DNA of 64,000 nucleotides from Saccostrea echinata (Eukaryota), in NCBI RefSeq assembly GCF_033153115.1, contig NW_026889796.1, positions 15,438,001 through 15,502,000 of the forward strand, written 5' to 3'. The translations under genes were made by a program, and so were the position numbers. The notes beneath the pieces were generated by a model, which ran no database searches, was not told where the DNA came from, and worked only from the letters and a program-made list of their open reading frames with translations. Numbering within the stretch: position 1 is the stretch's first letter; each line of letters begins with the position of its first letter. Positions 13,504 to 27,555 of this stretch are shown one piece after another.

Positions 13504-16500
13504 ATGAAGTTGAAGCGATTTCTTCTACGATATTATCCCCCTGGTAAGTAAATAGTTCTAAAGATTTGAAAGATATTTCAAAAACTTTCCAAAAATATGG
13601 TATTATTAATTAAGTTTTTAAGGGATTTGCGACAGGAAACAGTTTCGAGTTTGGTCGCGATGAACGCCAAGATGATTCATCATGGCTGAAAAGCACATGC
13701 CTGGACATTGCTTGGTGTTCTGTTCACCTGTTTCGATAAATTGTGTTATTTTCGGCTTTTTTTATTTTGATATATGCCTGCTGCTACTTTGAAGGACTTT
13801 TTAAACTATTTTAGTAGATCTACTGTACTCGCTCTTCTCTGTATATAAACAGCTTTTCAGTAGGAGAAAAAGAAAACCTTTTGCACTGTATCAATCAATA
13901 CATTTGATATATTACTTTCATAATTTTTCACAGTTCGTTACCTTATTTTCTTAACTTTCTTCCTTTATCATAATGAGATTTCTCTGGGCTGTCTTAATGA
14001 TAAATAATCTATAGCTGACACATTCACTGAAAATCAGAGCAGTAACTGCATATGTTAGTTTAATAAATTCTACGATTGATTTTGTTCATGTAAATCTCAT
14101 TGTGACATTCAGACAAAGCATCTAGAGATAATTCATTACATTCATTGTTGCATATTGTAGCATATACAAAATTCAAATTATAGATGTTCCGAATTCGCTA
14201 CCATTTCTCAAACATTTGACATTAGATGTTCTGAATCTACTGTTGAGAAGCGGGAGCAGATTTGGAAAATCTAATTTTAATTAGATTGACACAAAATTGA
14301 AATGAGTAACAAGTTTAGCTAAAATCTTCATAGAAATTCAAATATCTTGTGTATTCATTGTATATAATGCAAATGAATTGCAACAAAATAATGTAAACCT
14401 TAAGTTAATAAGTAACAATATTTTAAGCTCTTAATTATTTCTTGTTCTTCATCATGATTGACTTTTAATTGAATCAATGTATTTCAGGGATCATATTGGA
14501 GTATGAACAGGGAGGCAACTTGAAAACCAAATCAATTGATCTGCTTGACCTGAAAGTAGAGTAAGTTTACACAAAACTCTTTGTACAAAAGTCCAATGAA
14601 TAAAAACACAGCTGGTAAAAATATGTACTCTTCATATTTTACACGGTCATGCAATACTAGAGGGGCATTCTCTAATTCTCTAAGCCCTGTAATTATTGAG
14701 ATGATAAGACTGTTGACAAGTAATCCTTAGGGAACTTAAACTTCTTTAACTGGTTCCAGGTTAGTCTAAAGCTCTTCACATCATTCTTGTCAAATCAGTA
14801 CATCATTTTGATCACTCCACTTAATACAGATATAAATTTAATACATATTGAACCATCTCATCTATAAACATGTTCTTATAATAATTTACTACAAATGAAC
14901 TTAAGCTTTTGTGTGCATGGTACATGCAGGGCTACATTTAATGATGTGCACAAATAGGAATAAATGCCCATATATTATTTTCATTTAATCTGTTTTGTAT
15001 GTAATTCATGTCTAAGTATATTTTAGTAAAATTATGCTTTTAATTTTGGTTTGGATCTTTAATATGTGACAGAGTAGGTTAAGCTTTTACAGAGTATTGA
15101 CAGAACTGCTTCTAAAGAACTGAAGTTGATGTAATTTATACTTTTACAGAACTACATGATGTTGATGTATTTTATACTTTTACAGAACTGAAGTTGATGT
15201 AATTTATACTTTTACAGAACTGCATGATGTTGATGTATTTTATACTTTTACAGAACTGATGTTGATGTATTTTATACTTTTACAGAACTGATGTTGATGT
15301 ATTTTACACTTTTACAGAACTGATGTTGATGTATATTACTTTTACAGAACTGATGTTGATGTATATTATGCTTTTACAGAACTGATGTTGATGCTGTGGT
15401 TGATGAGATAGCCAGGAAGGAACCATTAATTACAGCATCTAAAACAGAACAAGTTAGGAAACTTGTACAAAGTATGTATACCTACTGACTCTCAAGAATT
15501 TGAATTAAGAAAGAGTACAAAAAAGGGTGCACAGCTGCAAACTTTTCATCAGAATTATCTACAGATGTACAGAATTTAGAAGAATGGTCACCATTTTTTG
15601 GACAGTTTTTAAGGGATAGTTTTTAACAATCTAAGATGTTTAATCCTTTGTGCACAGAATATGTCTTAACAATGTACCAGTATATTTTTTGTCAGTGAGA
15701 GGTATCCAAAGGGATAAATAGCAATTATAATTAATGATATATAATCACGATTCAATTAACATACGGTAATTTTGCTACCGTATTTATTATAACATTAAAC
15801 GTCTAATACTTATTAGATGTTTTGACAAAATTAAAGTTAAAAAAAGAAAACTTAAGATATTTTCTTTGACAGTTAAGTTCAAAAGAAAGAGACATAAACT
15901 GAATCATTTAATTTAAGGAGTTAAGAGACAGTTTATTGTGCCATTTTACTTATGAAGACAAATATCATATTTTGAATTTGAACAAATACGTGATTTTTGT
16001 TTCTGAGATATTGAATCTATAATGCTAGTTTATGGTATTTTCAGTCCAGGAACATCGTAATATAAATTGAATTTTTTTGAATATTACAGGATTACAAGAG
16101 AAACTTGCCCAAAAGGATGACCATCACTTTTACTTATTCAAGGTGAGTTTTATACAAAGTAATGTTTTAGCAATTACATTTAAAAATACCTTTCAGTTTG
16201 AGCTATCTTACGGTGGATTCATCATTGTTAGTGGGGGACCAATGTTCGTGGATTTCGTGGTTCACCGTTACCAATGAATTTTGAACCCTGATTGTCAACC
16301 TAATGGTTAAGTGAATCTTCTGTATGAACAAGTTATGAACAAAATTATCCCATTGAACCAGTAAAAATTTTGATTCCTACAAACATTGACCCGTCGAATA
16401 AAAATGATTTCACAGCATTCATTTTTTAATCGTATTATTTGTATTTAATGATTTTCATATTTATTTCTATTCTGTAGGTGCTTAGAGCCCATATCTTACC

Positions 16501-19500
16501 ACTCACAAATGTTGCATTTAACAAATCAGGGTCCAGGTATGCAAAATGTTATATAATAATATATATATATCCGTAATGACAAATTCTTATTTTTATAATT
16601 TTTTTTTTTTTTTTTTTGTAATTGCAAGTTAAATTTAAAAAAAGAAAATTTCAGTGTAAGTGAGGGAAATATAACTTCAGTAGCTTCAATATTACTTAAA
16701 AAAACAAAACAAAGGACAGCCAGGTAGTGTCATATTAGATTTATTATGTATACTTCTTTTTCTAGTTGAGGATAATTTATCAAGTAAAATTTGTGAAATA
16801 TATCTAGTCAACACTCTCTTTCAGTTTTATCACTGGGAGTTATGACAGAACATGTAAGGTATGGGACACAGCTTCGGGGGAGGAGTTACATACCCTGGAA
16901 GGACACCGTAACGTAGTGTATGCTATTGCATTCAACAACCCATACGGGTAAGAGGACGGCCCAGGCTTTGTATTTCTGTTTTTATCTATTACTGTAGAAT
17001 GAAAAAGAATTTCAACTTTCAAAGTAGAAAGTACAAAAAAATAAAAAAATAAAAATTTTCACTTAGTCTTGAGTCCGAGGGAGTACTTGACAGTTTTTTT
17101 TTTGTTAACTTTTAGTCCAGATATTTATTGGAAGTAATTATACTCAAATTATACTTTTATTTTTAGAGACAAGATTGCCACAGGTTCCTTTGACAAAACT
17201 TGTAAACTATGGAGCTCAGAAACTGGGAAGTGTTATCATACATTTAGAGGACATTCTGCAGAAATAGTAAGTAAATCTGATCAAGAAAACTATCAGATAA
17301 TATTTAAAAATTGTTTATTAAAAAACCTTTATTTACAACAATTTCAAAGGTTAAGTAGACAGTAGAAATATTTAAAGTGAATACATCAGCTAAGCAGACA
17401 AACTCAGTTGATAATAGAATACACCACTTGATAACTGGATTTATTATACCTTTATTAAGAATAATCAAATTTGATTGGCTTGTTAGAAGGCTTTTAAACT
17501 CAATAATGACTCCAAAAAGTACCGTATACAGCAATAATGACCTAGGAATCATTGCATGTGGGGTATAATGACAAGTCAATAAAAATAATGACCGCTAAAA
17601 ATGACCTGTTAAGATTGTACATTACAAAAAATGCCGTTATAAAAATATGTAGTATTTTTAGGATACGGAACACATTTGGCCTTTAGATGTGTCATAACAT
17701 TTATTGTTTTCATTGAAACTTTCGTTACAATGTCAAATTCAACGAATGCAGACTCAGCTCTCTTGTACAGTAAAAGTCTGCACCAGATTGTCATTGTACT
17801 CGGGAATGTTATTTGTGAATTTATAAAAATGCATGTTACTGACAATCACAGAGTGTTTTAATAAATCGGTGGTGCAAAAACTTACAAGACTTGCAGGCAA
17901 AAAGTAAACTACTTCACTAGCGAATCCCAATCCCCATGGAACACTGATAATAACAGTTCATTGGTCTAATACACAATCGATTATTTTAGTAATTAAGCCT
18001 ACAAAAATTGCATTAACTTATATTGGTATAATAAAACAATTGATTACCCCTTATGAGGTCAACATGGTGAAATAAGGACCCTCGACCTGGCCACTTGCTG
18101 ACCTGACCTGACCTCAGCCGCTACGCGGCCTCCGTCAGGTCAGGTCACCTTGTGGGCCAGGTCGAGGGTCCTTATTTCACCATGTTGACCTCATAAGGGG
18201 TAATTAATTGTATAATATTTGATTTGTTAATTCTGTTTATTATGTCATTTATGTTATGTCTTTTAGTTGATTTAAACACAACTGTAATATTGTAGGTGTG
18301 TCTGAGTTTTAACCCCCAGAGTTCTGTAGTGGCCACTGGGAGTATGGACACCACAGCCAAACTATGGGATGTCCAGACTGGTCAAGAACTTGTCTCTCTT
18401 TCTGTAAGCATCATGTACCCTAAACTTACATTGTGATATATGTAGGACATTTGAGATGAATTGTTAAGTTTCAGATTATGGTAGATATAATTTTTCATTG
18501 TATTTTCAACTTATAGCCACAGGTCAGTAAAATTGTGTGACACAGTTGCGTTAATTCTAAATTTGTCACAATTATGAAAATATGGATATTCTATCTTATT
18601 TGTGCCCAAGTTTGTGTTTATTTCACCCATGTGAGTGTGTATTAACATGTCACAAGTACATGTACCACATTTTCAGTTGTTAACGGAACTAGCACAACAA
18701 ATAGCTAAATAAAGAAGCCACAAATTACTGTCATTTATTTTTGATTTATTTACTACCTAAAACATTGAAAAAATCCCTTTAAACCACTTGTCACAAATCA
18801 TGCATATACAGTGTATAACTAGACTCTTTTCTGTTTCAGGGTCATTCTGCTGAGATTATCTCCCTTTCTTTCAACTCTACTGGTACACAGCTAATAACAG
18901 GATCCTTTGATCATACAGTGTCTGTGTGGGACATCAACTCGGGAAAGTAAGTGATAGAGTTTATATAAAATATACAGGAGTAGTTAGTGTTCTCAAATAA
19001 TGGTAGGTGAAAAAATCATGCCATAATGTAATATCCCTCTGAATAGATGTAAAGCACGGTTCTTCATCTGATGTTTCTTCAGTGGGGTCAAAACATTAAC
19101 TACATCTTTCAAAAGTCTGAAAATAAATGCAATAGAATGTAAGGAAGTGATTTGGATTAACACAGGTTTTTTTTTTTGGTTATAGGCGGATACATTCGCT
19201 GATAGGACACAAAGCAGAGATCAGTAGTGCACAGTTTAACTGGGATTGTTCACTTATTGCCACAGGATCCATGGACAAAACCTGTAAAATCTGGGATCCA
19301 CCCTCAGGTTAGTAAATCTCTAACCAAACCATATTATTCACCCCCCCCCCCCCCAATATTTTGTTAATAATGCCCTGTTCACATGGAGAGTTTAATTCGA
19401 ATTAAACTTAAGTTACTGCGAACTAAATTTGACCCGCGTTCACACAGAGAATTGAAAGCGAATTAGTTTAATTCGAATTAGTTTACTGCGCATTAAATTA

Positions 19501-21155
19501 CTTCGCATTAGCTCTGTGTGAACGCTAAGTGAAGCTAATTGGAATTAAATTTTGACGCATGAGTAAGGACAGAAATAAGCCACAGGTCACATGTCGATGG
19601 TCAAATATAGGTATTTGTGCTATTTTTGAGTGGAAAACAGAGGAAAATTATGTTCATCACTAAAATGTGTACAGACACTATGATATTATGTCAAAAGTAT
19701 ATCTCTTCAGCACAATATGACGTGATTTGTAAATGACGTCATAATAGCCTCACTGAATAGCCTTGTTGTAGAAATAAAATTATAATTCGCATTAGTTTAC
19801 TTTGCATTGGCTGTCGTGTGAACGCAATTTAATTTGCATTAGTTTAATTCGCATCATTTCACTTCGCATTAATTTACTGCAAATTAAACTCTCCGTGTGA
19901 ACAGGGCATAAGACTACATTTGGTTATGTCTATAATTGAAATATGATAACATTGTTTTTATGCATTTACAAAGGTGATGTCTTCAAGCTTTTGAAGTACG
20001 AAGAGATATCCTCATGGAAAACATTCATTATGTAAATCACATTTTTTTTTCTACACAGGCCGCTGTATAGGTACCCTGAGAGGCCATGACGATGAGGTGT
20101 TAGATGTGGCATTTGACTACACAGGTCAGATGTTACTGACTGCATCAGCTGATGGGACAGCCCGGTGCTACAATGCTGTCTCCCACAATCTCATCTCCAA
20201 GTTTGAGGGGCACGAAGGTGAAATTTCTAAGGTAAATAAGGGGAAATTGTGCATACTGTAGTTCAGACATATAAAATATTTCTTTATGTTTCAATTTGAA
20301 GTGTGAAATCTGTCTCATAGTGTTAGTCAGGGTAATATTTTATATGTATGAAATCAGGTAAAATATGTTTCAATCTCGTTTAAGCAATGTAGCTTATTTT
20401 AAACTAAATATTTAACAGCTGCTTTCTCTGTAAAATCTTCTTGGAGAATTTCAAAATTATAAGTAGAAAGGGCCTTGAATTTATTTTGATTTAAAAAATT
20501 TATTTCAAGGCAACATCTTAAATATTAGAAAATTCTTGCTTCACAAAGATAAGAAAAGATCAAACAGATTTTATACATTTTAAAAGACTCACTTCAAAAT
20601 TTTTCCTAGGGGTATTTTGATTGCATTCTTTATTTCCTTATTACAGATAACCTTTAACCCACAAGGAACCTCAGTGTTGACGGCAAGTTCTGATAAGACA
20701 GCGCGACTGTGGGACCCAGAAACGGGGCGATGTAAACAGATCCTGGAGGGACATACAGATGAAATCTTTAGCTGTGCATTCAACTATGAGGGAAACACCA
20801 TCATTACTGGTAAAGAAATACATTTATACTAACTGCTTTGTAATTTATTTATAATACTAATTTTCAAGAATGCTTCTAATCTGTTTTATTGTAAAGCTGA
20901 TGGTAAGTAAAAAAAAAAAGTTATTATATGTTTTGAAGAATTGGTTTTGTTATGTTATAAAGTTTTGATGATTTAGAATTTTAATTTTGTGTCATTTACA
21001 TGATTTCAGTTGTTATGTTTTACTTCTCTGATCCACATTAAAATTGCTATTGTACTACATGTAGTTGAATTGCCTTTACGTACAAAATATAAATTACTGA
21101 GCTTCGATCTTGTTTTCTAGGTAGTAAAGATAACACTTGCAGAATATGGAGATGA
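13504..21155 (+). CDS. DAW1: Dynein assembly factor with WD repeat domains 1 (WDR69/ODA16), 13 coding exons, 415 aa
   Basis: Exons 13504-13543, 14488-14560, 15380-15471, 16090-16142, 16478-16536, 16825-16947, 17167-17266, 18296-18403, 18840-18946, 19186-19307, 20059-20231, 20647-20809, 21121-21155. All introns are GT-AG with consistent phase; total 1248 nt = 415 aa + stop. Product [35 protein letters not shown]...[70 protein letters not shown]...[32 protein letters not shown] is recognisably DAW1 end to end. Confidence 0.98.
15117..15393 (+). repeat. Tandem repeat (8 x 30-36 bp) made of the DAW1 intron 2 / exon 3 junction
   Basis: Unit ttttacag|AACTGATGTTGATGtattttatac; AG ends at 15149, 15185, 15217, 15253, 15285, 15317, 15347 and 15379. 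Confidence 0.95.
18031..18216. mobile_element. Fold-back palindromic element (~185 bp) in DAW1 intron 7
   Basis: Near-perfect arms acaattgattaccccttatgaggtcaacatggtgaaataaggaccctcgacctggcc and its reverse complement; apex gccgc-tac-gcggc at 18117-18129. Confidence 0.85.
19371..19908. mobile_element. PIF/Harbinger-like MITE in DAW1 intron 10
   Basis: TIRs tgccctgttcacatggagagtttaatt / aattaaactctccgtgtgaacagggca; TAA TSD (19368-19370, 19909-19911); internal aattcgcattagttt subrepeats. Confidence 0.9.
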
Positions 21156-23648
21156 GAGTGGTCCATAGTGTCTCATTATTAAACAGTATTATGGTGCCAG
21201 AGCTTGATGCCTCATTTTGTCTGTGTCATTGTATGCCCTTGGTGGACTTAGAAGCATTTTAAAAATATCAACATGTTAATTTTGCACAGAGGAAACTCCA
21301 AGAGTTTGTGTCATGGAAGCCATCATCTGGAATTTAGATATTTGCAAAAAAAAAAAAAATGTTATTCTGGTGAAGATTTAGGGGATGTTATTTGAAAGAA
21401 CTTATTTCTTTGCATCTTTCATACTCTAATTTGTGAAGTGTCCAAGTCTTGAAATCCTTTTTTTGTGGTAGAAAAAAAATTGTGGTTCCCAGAACCAATA
21501 ATTTACACCTGTACGTAATTATTAACGACTGTTTTTGTCTATTTTACTGAAATCCATTCCTTCCAGCTTTATTTACTGATATATATATATAATTTATTAT
21601 ATATTTCTTTTTTATAGTTTTCTTTATGATTTTTTTCCCCAATTTTACATTTGAATTGCCGTCCAGTAATTATTTATGATTGATGGTAATGGATACCATT
21701 TGTAACATTTAAACAAAAATATATGATTGTTGAATTTAAAGACATATTCACGACAGAGGTTATTTTGTGACTTTATACATAAGATTTTACATTTATTTTC
21801 AATTCTATATACTTGATACATTGATTTTTAATGCACATTCCAGTATGTACCGATGTAATGTTTATAATGTTGTGTTTTGAACCAAAAATATATAGTTCCA
21901 TGTAAATTTTTTAAGTCCATCTGCAGACTTCAATTCTTATAATATTTAAATGTTAATAATTATAGTTTATATATGCATGAATAGAATTGTAAATGATATT
22001 TCTGATTTTAAAATATTTTCAGTTTTGTTACTCCCAGACTTGGAAAACACTATACTTGACAAAGGAAGTGGCATTCTTAATGACAAATATGTCTGTCGAA
22101 TAGATATTAGCTTTGAATAACTAATGTAATTTTAGTTTTCGTGATAATGAATTAGAACCTGTTACTTTGTAATATTGCACATATATTGTCACAGAAAAGT
22201 TCAAGGTCACAGGAAGTACTGACAGGATCTCGGTTATTGTTTTGATCATTAATATTATTATTCATAATTGTTTCATTTTTGTATCATTTACATGCAAACC
22301 ATTAGCAGAATGTCAGCATTATTGATAGGTTAAGAAATTTTATCTTCTTTAGATCTCTAGCAATTTTTAATGTGTACAAAATTTAGAAGCTTACTTGTTT
22401 AATTGTGGAACTACAGTTTGATTAATTATGTATGAAGTTTACTGAATTTCTATCTTCACAAAATACACTTTATTTTGCCGTTTTGAATTGCACAGGAATT
22501 TATTGTCACATTAATTCTGTCACAAGACATTTCAGAGTGAAATTTGATTGTCCGAGTCTTACATGACAATTTAAAACATTTGTGCATAATGAAGGTTGAA
22601 AATTCTTTGTTGTTGGGCTTTTTTTTATGCTTGTGTGTACTTAATTTATTATTATTATGTTGCATTTTTAATAGAAGAGTGTGGTAAAGAAACAGTAGAA
22701 AGACCATGGTTCAGAAATGGGGTTTTACAAAACTTTGAATGCTAATAGACTATTGCAAATACACCTATTTATTTCTCTGCTCCATATAAAAATAACACAT
22801 CAAAAGAAATTTTTAATATATTTATTAATATTTCTCAGTGTATGCACATTCAAAGGTAATGTAAAAAGCAATTAGCAGTCTTTGTTATATTAATATTTAG
22901 CACTCTTTTGCTTAAAAAAAGGCTCAAATTACAATTAAAAGAGATGAGTACATTTACAGTAATGGATATTTGTTCGATTGAACATCTAAAGTTGTTAGAA
23001 AGTGTTGTCATTTGCATGAAAGATATTTAAGTGTGTAGTAATTATAAGTGCAGATGGTTTTGTTGAAGAGTTTGTCAGTTTGCCCTTGTTTTGCATATGC
23101 ATGCTGGTTCTTTTGTATTTGCCAGTGCATTTTTTTTGGTTAATACCATAGAAATGCAATAAAAGAAGTACAAAATATCTGAAGAGTTGAAATCTTATTA
23201 TATGTCCAGGCATTTTTGAATAATTATGAAACAGTACTTGAAGTTTATGTTCTGATGTATGAATTCTGTTTATCAGCATTTTTTATTATTATTATTATTG
23301 ACGTTAATTGAGAATAGAAACACTGCACCACTCTGAGGCAAACTGAAAAATGTCTTTTGCTACAGTAACAATGTATAAAATCAAACCGCCTTTGAAATTG
23401 TCCCTGCAAAAAAAAATTATGATGCAAAACATGTCTATATTTACATCCACTTAATATTATTTCCTTTATTTCTTATAAAAACCATTGCCGTTAATCAGTC
23501 CATAAACAACACTAAGCAAGCCAACTGCATAGATTTCTTAAGCAACGGCTGTTCCATCAATTATGCATACAATGATATACACATCTATAATACAATATTT
23601 AACATATTTAATTTACTTTGAATGTTTTTTTAAAAAAAGATATAAATA

Positions 23649-23812
23649 TAAACAATAAAATATATTTCTTTGTTTGTTAGTACGGGAATTAACGTCGCAG
23701 CTACTGCAGAAAAAAATTCACATAACCTGTTTACGCGGGTTATGTATTTTTTCTGCAACAGCTGCGACATTAATTCCCGTACTAACAACCAAAGAAAGCA
23801 TTTTATTGTTTA
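23649..23812. mobile_element. Fold-back palindromic element (~165 bp)
   Basis: Arms taaacaataaaat..ttctttg.ttgttagtacgggaattaa.gtcgcagct..tgcagaaaaaa..acataacc and its reverse complement; apex cctgt-ttac-gcggg. Confidence 0.85.
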
Positions 23813-25034
23813 AATTACAGAACATCATTTATGTTCCACATAGTCATAGTTATCAGTAAAGTTTGTGAATGTCACCTAGGAGCGAAATCAAAAGTTCCAT
23901 GTCCGTCAAAAAAGTACCGTAAATTCACAAACTTAAAGGTTTCATAAGACTCGCTGTTCCCTCTGAAAACTAAATGTGATGAATGTTGATTGATATTGAT
24001 AAACAAATACTAGCTTTAGTATATAAACGTATATTTCCTTTGTTTATTATAAAAAAAAAAGACTCATTTCAAATACCAATATCATAAAGTCTCATGCACA
24101 ATGTGCACTTTTTGTTTAACGATGTCAGACAAGAAAAACTTGGGGCTCTTGCCCCCCCCCCCCCCCCCTTTGCGCTCACAGATACTTGACTTTCTTTATA
24201 ATTTAAGAAAAAAATCTTTACTATAATACAATGTTGTAAACTTTGCCAAATTTTAAAACTCTGTATTGTTAGACTCAGAGGTTAAAGAAATGCAGCTAAA
24301 TCATTTGAAAGATGGAACAGAAAAACCAAGAGCAATGTCCCTTTTTCAAAGATTTAATTGGAATAAAACTTGTAGAAAGAAGAGATGGAGCGTGGGGGAG
24401 AGGTACTTGCTGTTTAAAAAAAATGAGGGATTTCAAAAACCTATTTTTTTTCCTAAATCTAAATTTGGTAATTCAAACTACATGATTGACGGAAAAGTTC
24501 AAAGCAAAATCATTTTTTTTTTTTGGTTTCAGAATAGCATAAATTTTAGATGTACACATTTGAGAAGGGACACAGCCTCTTATGTTCCTACAGATTTCAT
24601 CATTGCACTATACTGTATTTACCCTACCTTAAAGTAATAGCTTGAAGTCATGCAAATAATGCATTTTAATAATTTAACCAAAAAAAAAAATCTTTAAAAC
24701 ATATACAAATCATTTCTATATTACATGTAGTTGTAAAGATTAAATTTATGAATCCGCCTAATTGTTTTCTGGTCATTAAAGATTCGGCGTAGATATTCTG
24801 TGATGTTTGAAAGTAATAAAGGTATCATTTAAAATTCATGGATTTTATTACCTACCAGAAAACTTGAAACTTTTCCAATTCCATTGTAATTTCACGCTGA
24901 ATGGGTTCTACCACCATCCGCATTTTAATCAATAGTGCACATTGCTGATGTGTGACATCTATCCACGACTGAACCCAAACAAAACATTTGTTACAATTAT
25001 GTGATTTCGGAAAGAAACGTCATTTAATTCAGTG

Positions 25035-27524
25035 ATGGAGATTTCGGCTTTTCTTTTGTTGACACTGGTATTCGTCTTGACTGAAGGTATAATATAGTTT
25101 TTACTTTTTGTAAGTATGATGATGAATTTCTTTTTTTTTTTAATTTATAATTACTCAATATTTTCTGTTTCCAGAATTCAATATTTAAATGACAGTCCTA
25201 CCTGGCCATGTTTTTTGCATTGAGTTTAGAGCGAAAATAAGTCACATGATACGTCCTAAAGATAAATGCAAAGATGTAACCCCCCCCCCCCTTTTTCAGC
25301 TTGACTTCAATTTTTATTTATTTTTAACTCGTTAAATTACAGTATGGTGAAACTGTGATGTTATCGAAATACAGCTGAGGATCCGTCTGCGAAAGATAAT
25401 TTAATTATACCGTACGAAAGAAATTCAATTTTTTTCTACGTGAAAACAAATTTATTTACAATGCATATGATTAATATGATTTTCATCGTATATAGTAAAA
25501 AGAATTCTTTCTATTCTAATCATGATCAATGAGAATATCGCAGATTCGTTCCCGGTTAGGGCTACTGGACTGAATAGAAAAAAAAAATCGAAGGGACGTT
25601 AAACAATCAAACAAACCAATTAGTCTAAGTCTTTGGTATTAGATACTCAGAATAAATAATTACTAGAGTAGTTCTCAGTATCAAATACTCAGGATAACTA
25701 CTAAATTGTCAATATCAGGTACTTATTATTATCAGATACGCAGAATAACTTTAAAATTAATTTTAAGTATCAGATATTCAGGATCAATTATTCTTTAGTA
25801 TTAGAAACTCAGAATAACTCATTAGTCTTCAGTATCAGATATGCGGAATAAATAATTACTATTAGTCTTCGGTATCGTATACTCATGTAATCGGAGAGAA
25901 GAAAAATCCGACGAACCAGACCGGGATTCGGACCCGGGCCCCCTGAATCTCCAGTCTGCTGCTTTACCAATTGAGCTATCTGGCCACCGGTGATCAGACC
26001 CGTCTGACCGCAACATTCCTCCCTCTTTAAATGTCTTCGGCCCCAAACACACCAACTCAGGTTCTTTCACCAGTGTAACATCCTGGTCGCGGCACCAAAT
26101 GTAACCGGAGAGGAGAAAAATGCGACGGACACCGGGATTCGAACCCGAACCCCCCCCCCCCCCCCCCCCCCCCCCTCGAATCTCCGGTCAGGTGCTCTAC
26201 CAACTAATCTACCCAGCCCGATATCCACGCCCAAACCATTACACTCAAAATAACTAACGCGTCTTAGACTGATCAGATACTCAGGATAATAAGAAAGTTC
26301 TCAGTATTAGATACTCAGAATAACTTATTATTGTTCTGTATCAGATACATAGTGTAAATTATTAGTTTTCAATATCATATTCTCACTACAGGACCAATTA
26401 GTTTTCGGTATTAGATACTCAGAATAATTCATTAGTCTGCGGTATTAAATACTCAGGAAAACTAATATAGGCCAAGTGAATTAGTCCTAGGTACCTGACC
26501 CCACCTCTGGAATCTCAGGGGTTCGTGTTTTATGTGCTGTTCACAGATTTGTATTGCTTGTAGATTTTTTGAGATCTATCGCTGTTCGTTAATTATCTTC
26601 ATTTTTCATTACAAAAAGGTATAAGTGTAATCAGAACATCATTCATATTTTTGTACGTCTACTTATTTTAGTTGTAAACCTCGCTAAAGGATACGAGTGC
26701 CCTAGAATCACCTACAGAAGGGACAGCTTTGGATTTATTTACAAATTACGAACTTACGTTCATTGTGAACATGGCTGCTGTGGACAAAGGGGAGACTACT
26801 GCTGTACAGCTCCAATCACCACAACAGAAAAACCTATCTACAATGACAAGTAAGAGCGTAATTGTTACAAGTCTTTATTCATTAATGTCTGTAGCTCAAG
26901 CGCTAAATTTCAAAGGCCAAACTTCAAGGTCATGAGGTAAAAAAAATCATAGGACATTCGATCACAGGTAATGCAAAAGTGACCCCACTTTCAGAGGTCC
27001 GTGTTGACTCTGCTCATAATTTTTTTTTTGTTTAAATGGACTTTTGGGAATTATCACTGTTCGTTATATTCACAATTCACAAGTGAAATATCTTTTCTCA
27101 GTCAGAAGTTATTAGCAAATTTGAATATTTTTAAAAGTAGGTCAAACTTCAAGGTAATGAGGTCTACAGTCATAGTATATTCGGAAAGGACTTGTCAGAG
27201 GAAATGCACACGTCGTGTGAAATATGAAAGCCCTATCTTCCCTTACTTTAAAATTTATTACCAAAGTTATTTTTTTTTTAAAAGAAGGTCAAACATTAAG
27301 GTCAAGGTCATGCGGTCAATAATCATAGTATATTCGGAAAGGCCTTGTTACATGTACAAGAAATGTACATGTGAAATATGAAGGCCATATATCATCTCAT
27401 TCAAAAGTTGTCACCAAGGTTAAAGTTTTTGGTGTCAGACAGGCATATGAACGGACAAATAGAATTTAACGTCCTCGCGCTTTTACAAAAGTGGGGGACA
27501 AAAATTAAGGAAATTTTAATCAAG

Positions 27525-27555
<31 letters not shown>

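Noticed and set aside
13470-13660. RFX X-box in the DAW1 promoter or intron 1 (ttgcgacaggaaac, gttagaaac)
   Set aside because: Only half-site matches; not distinguishable from chance.
15150-15360. Array of alternative micro-exons (AG..13 nt..GT) in DAW1
   Set aside because: Donors (GTATTT/GTAATT) are weak and the gaps between units (~19 nt) are far too short to be introns.
15117-15393. CRISPR-like array (also considered for 7539-7703 and 29725-30232)
   Set aside because: Head-to-tail tandem repeats with no unique spacers, eukaryotic context, no cas genes.
24266-24637. 123-aa ORF, and similarly 27001-27381, 11681-11983, 38892-39371, 60562-60834
   Set aside because: No recognisable domain or splice context; several are translations of satellite or HINE repeats.
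25905-26220. Two tRNA genes on the minus strand
   Set aside because: Stems and anticodon arms are degenerate (one has a poly-G expansion), and both sit inside the LTRs of a TRIM with PBS, PPT and TSD.
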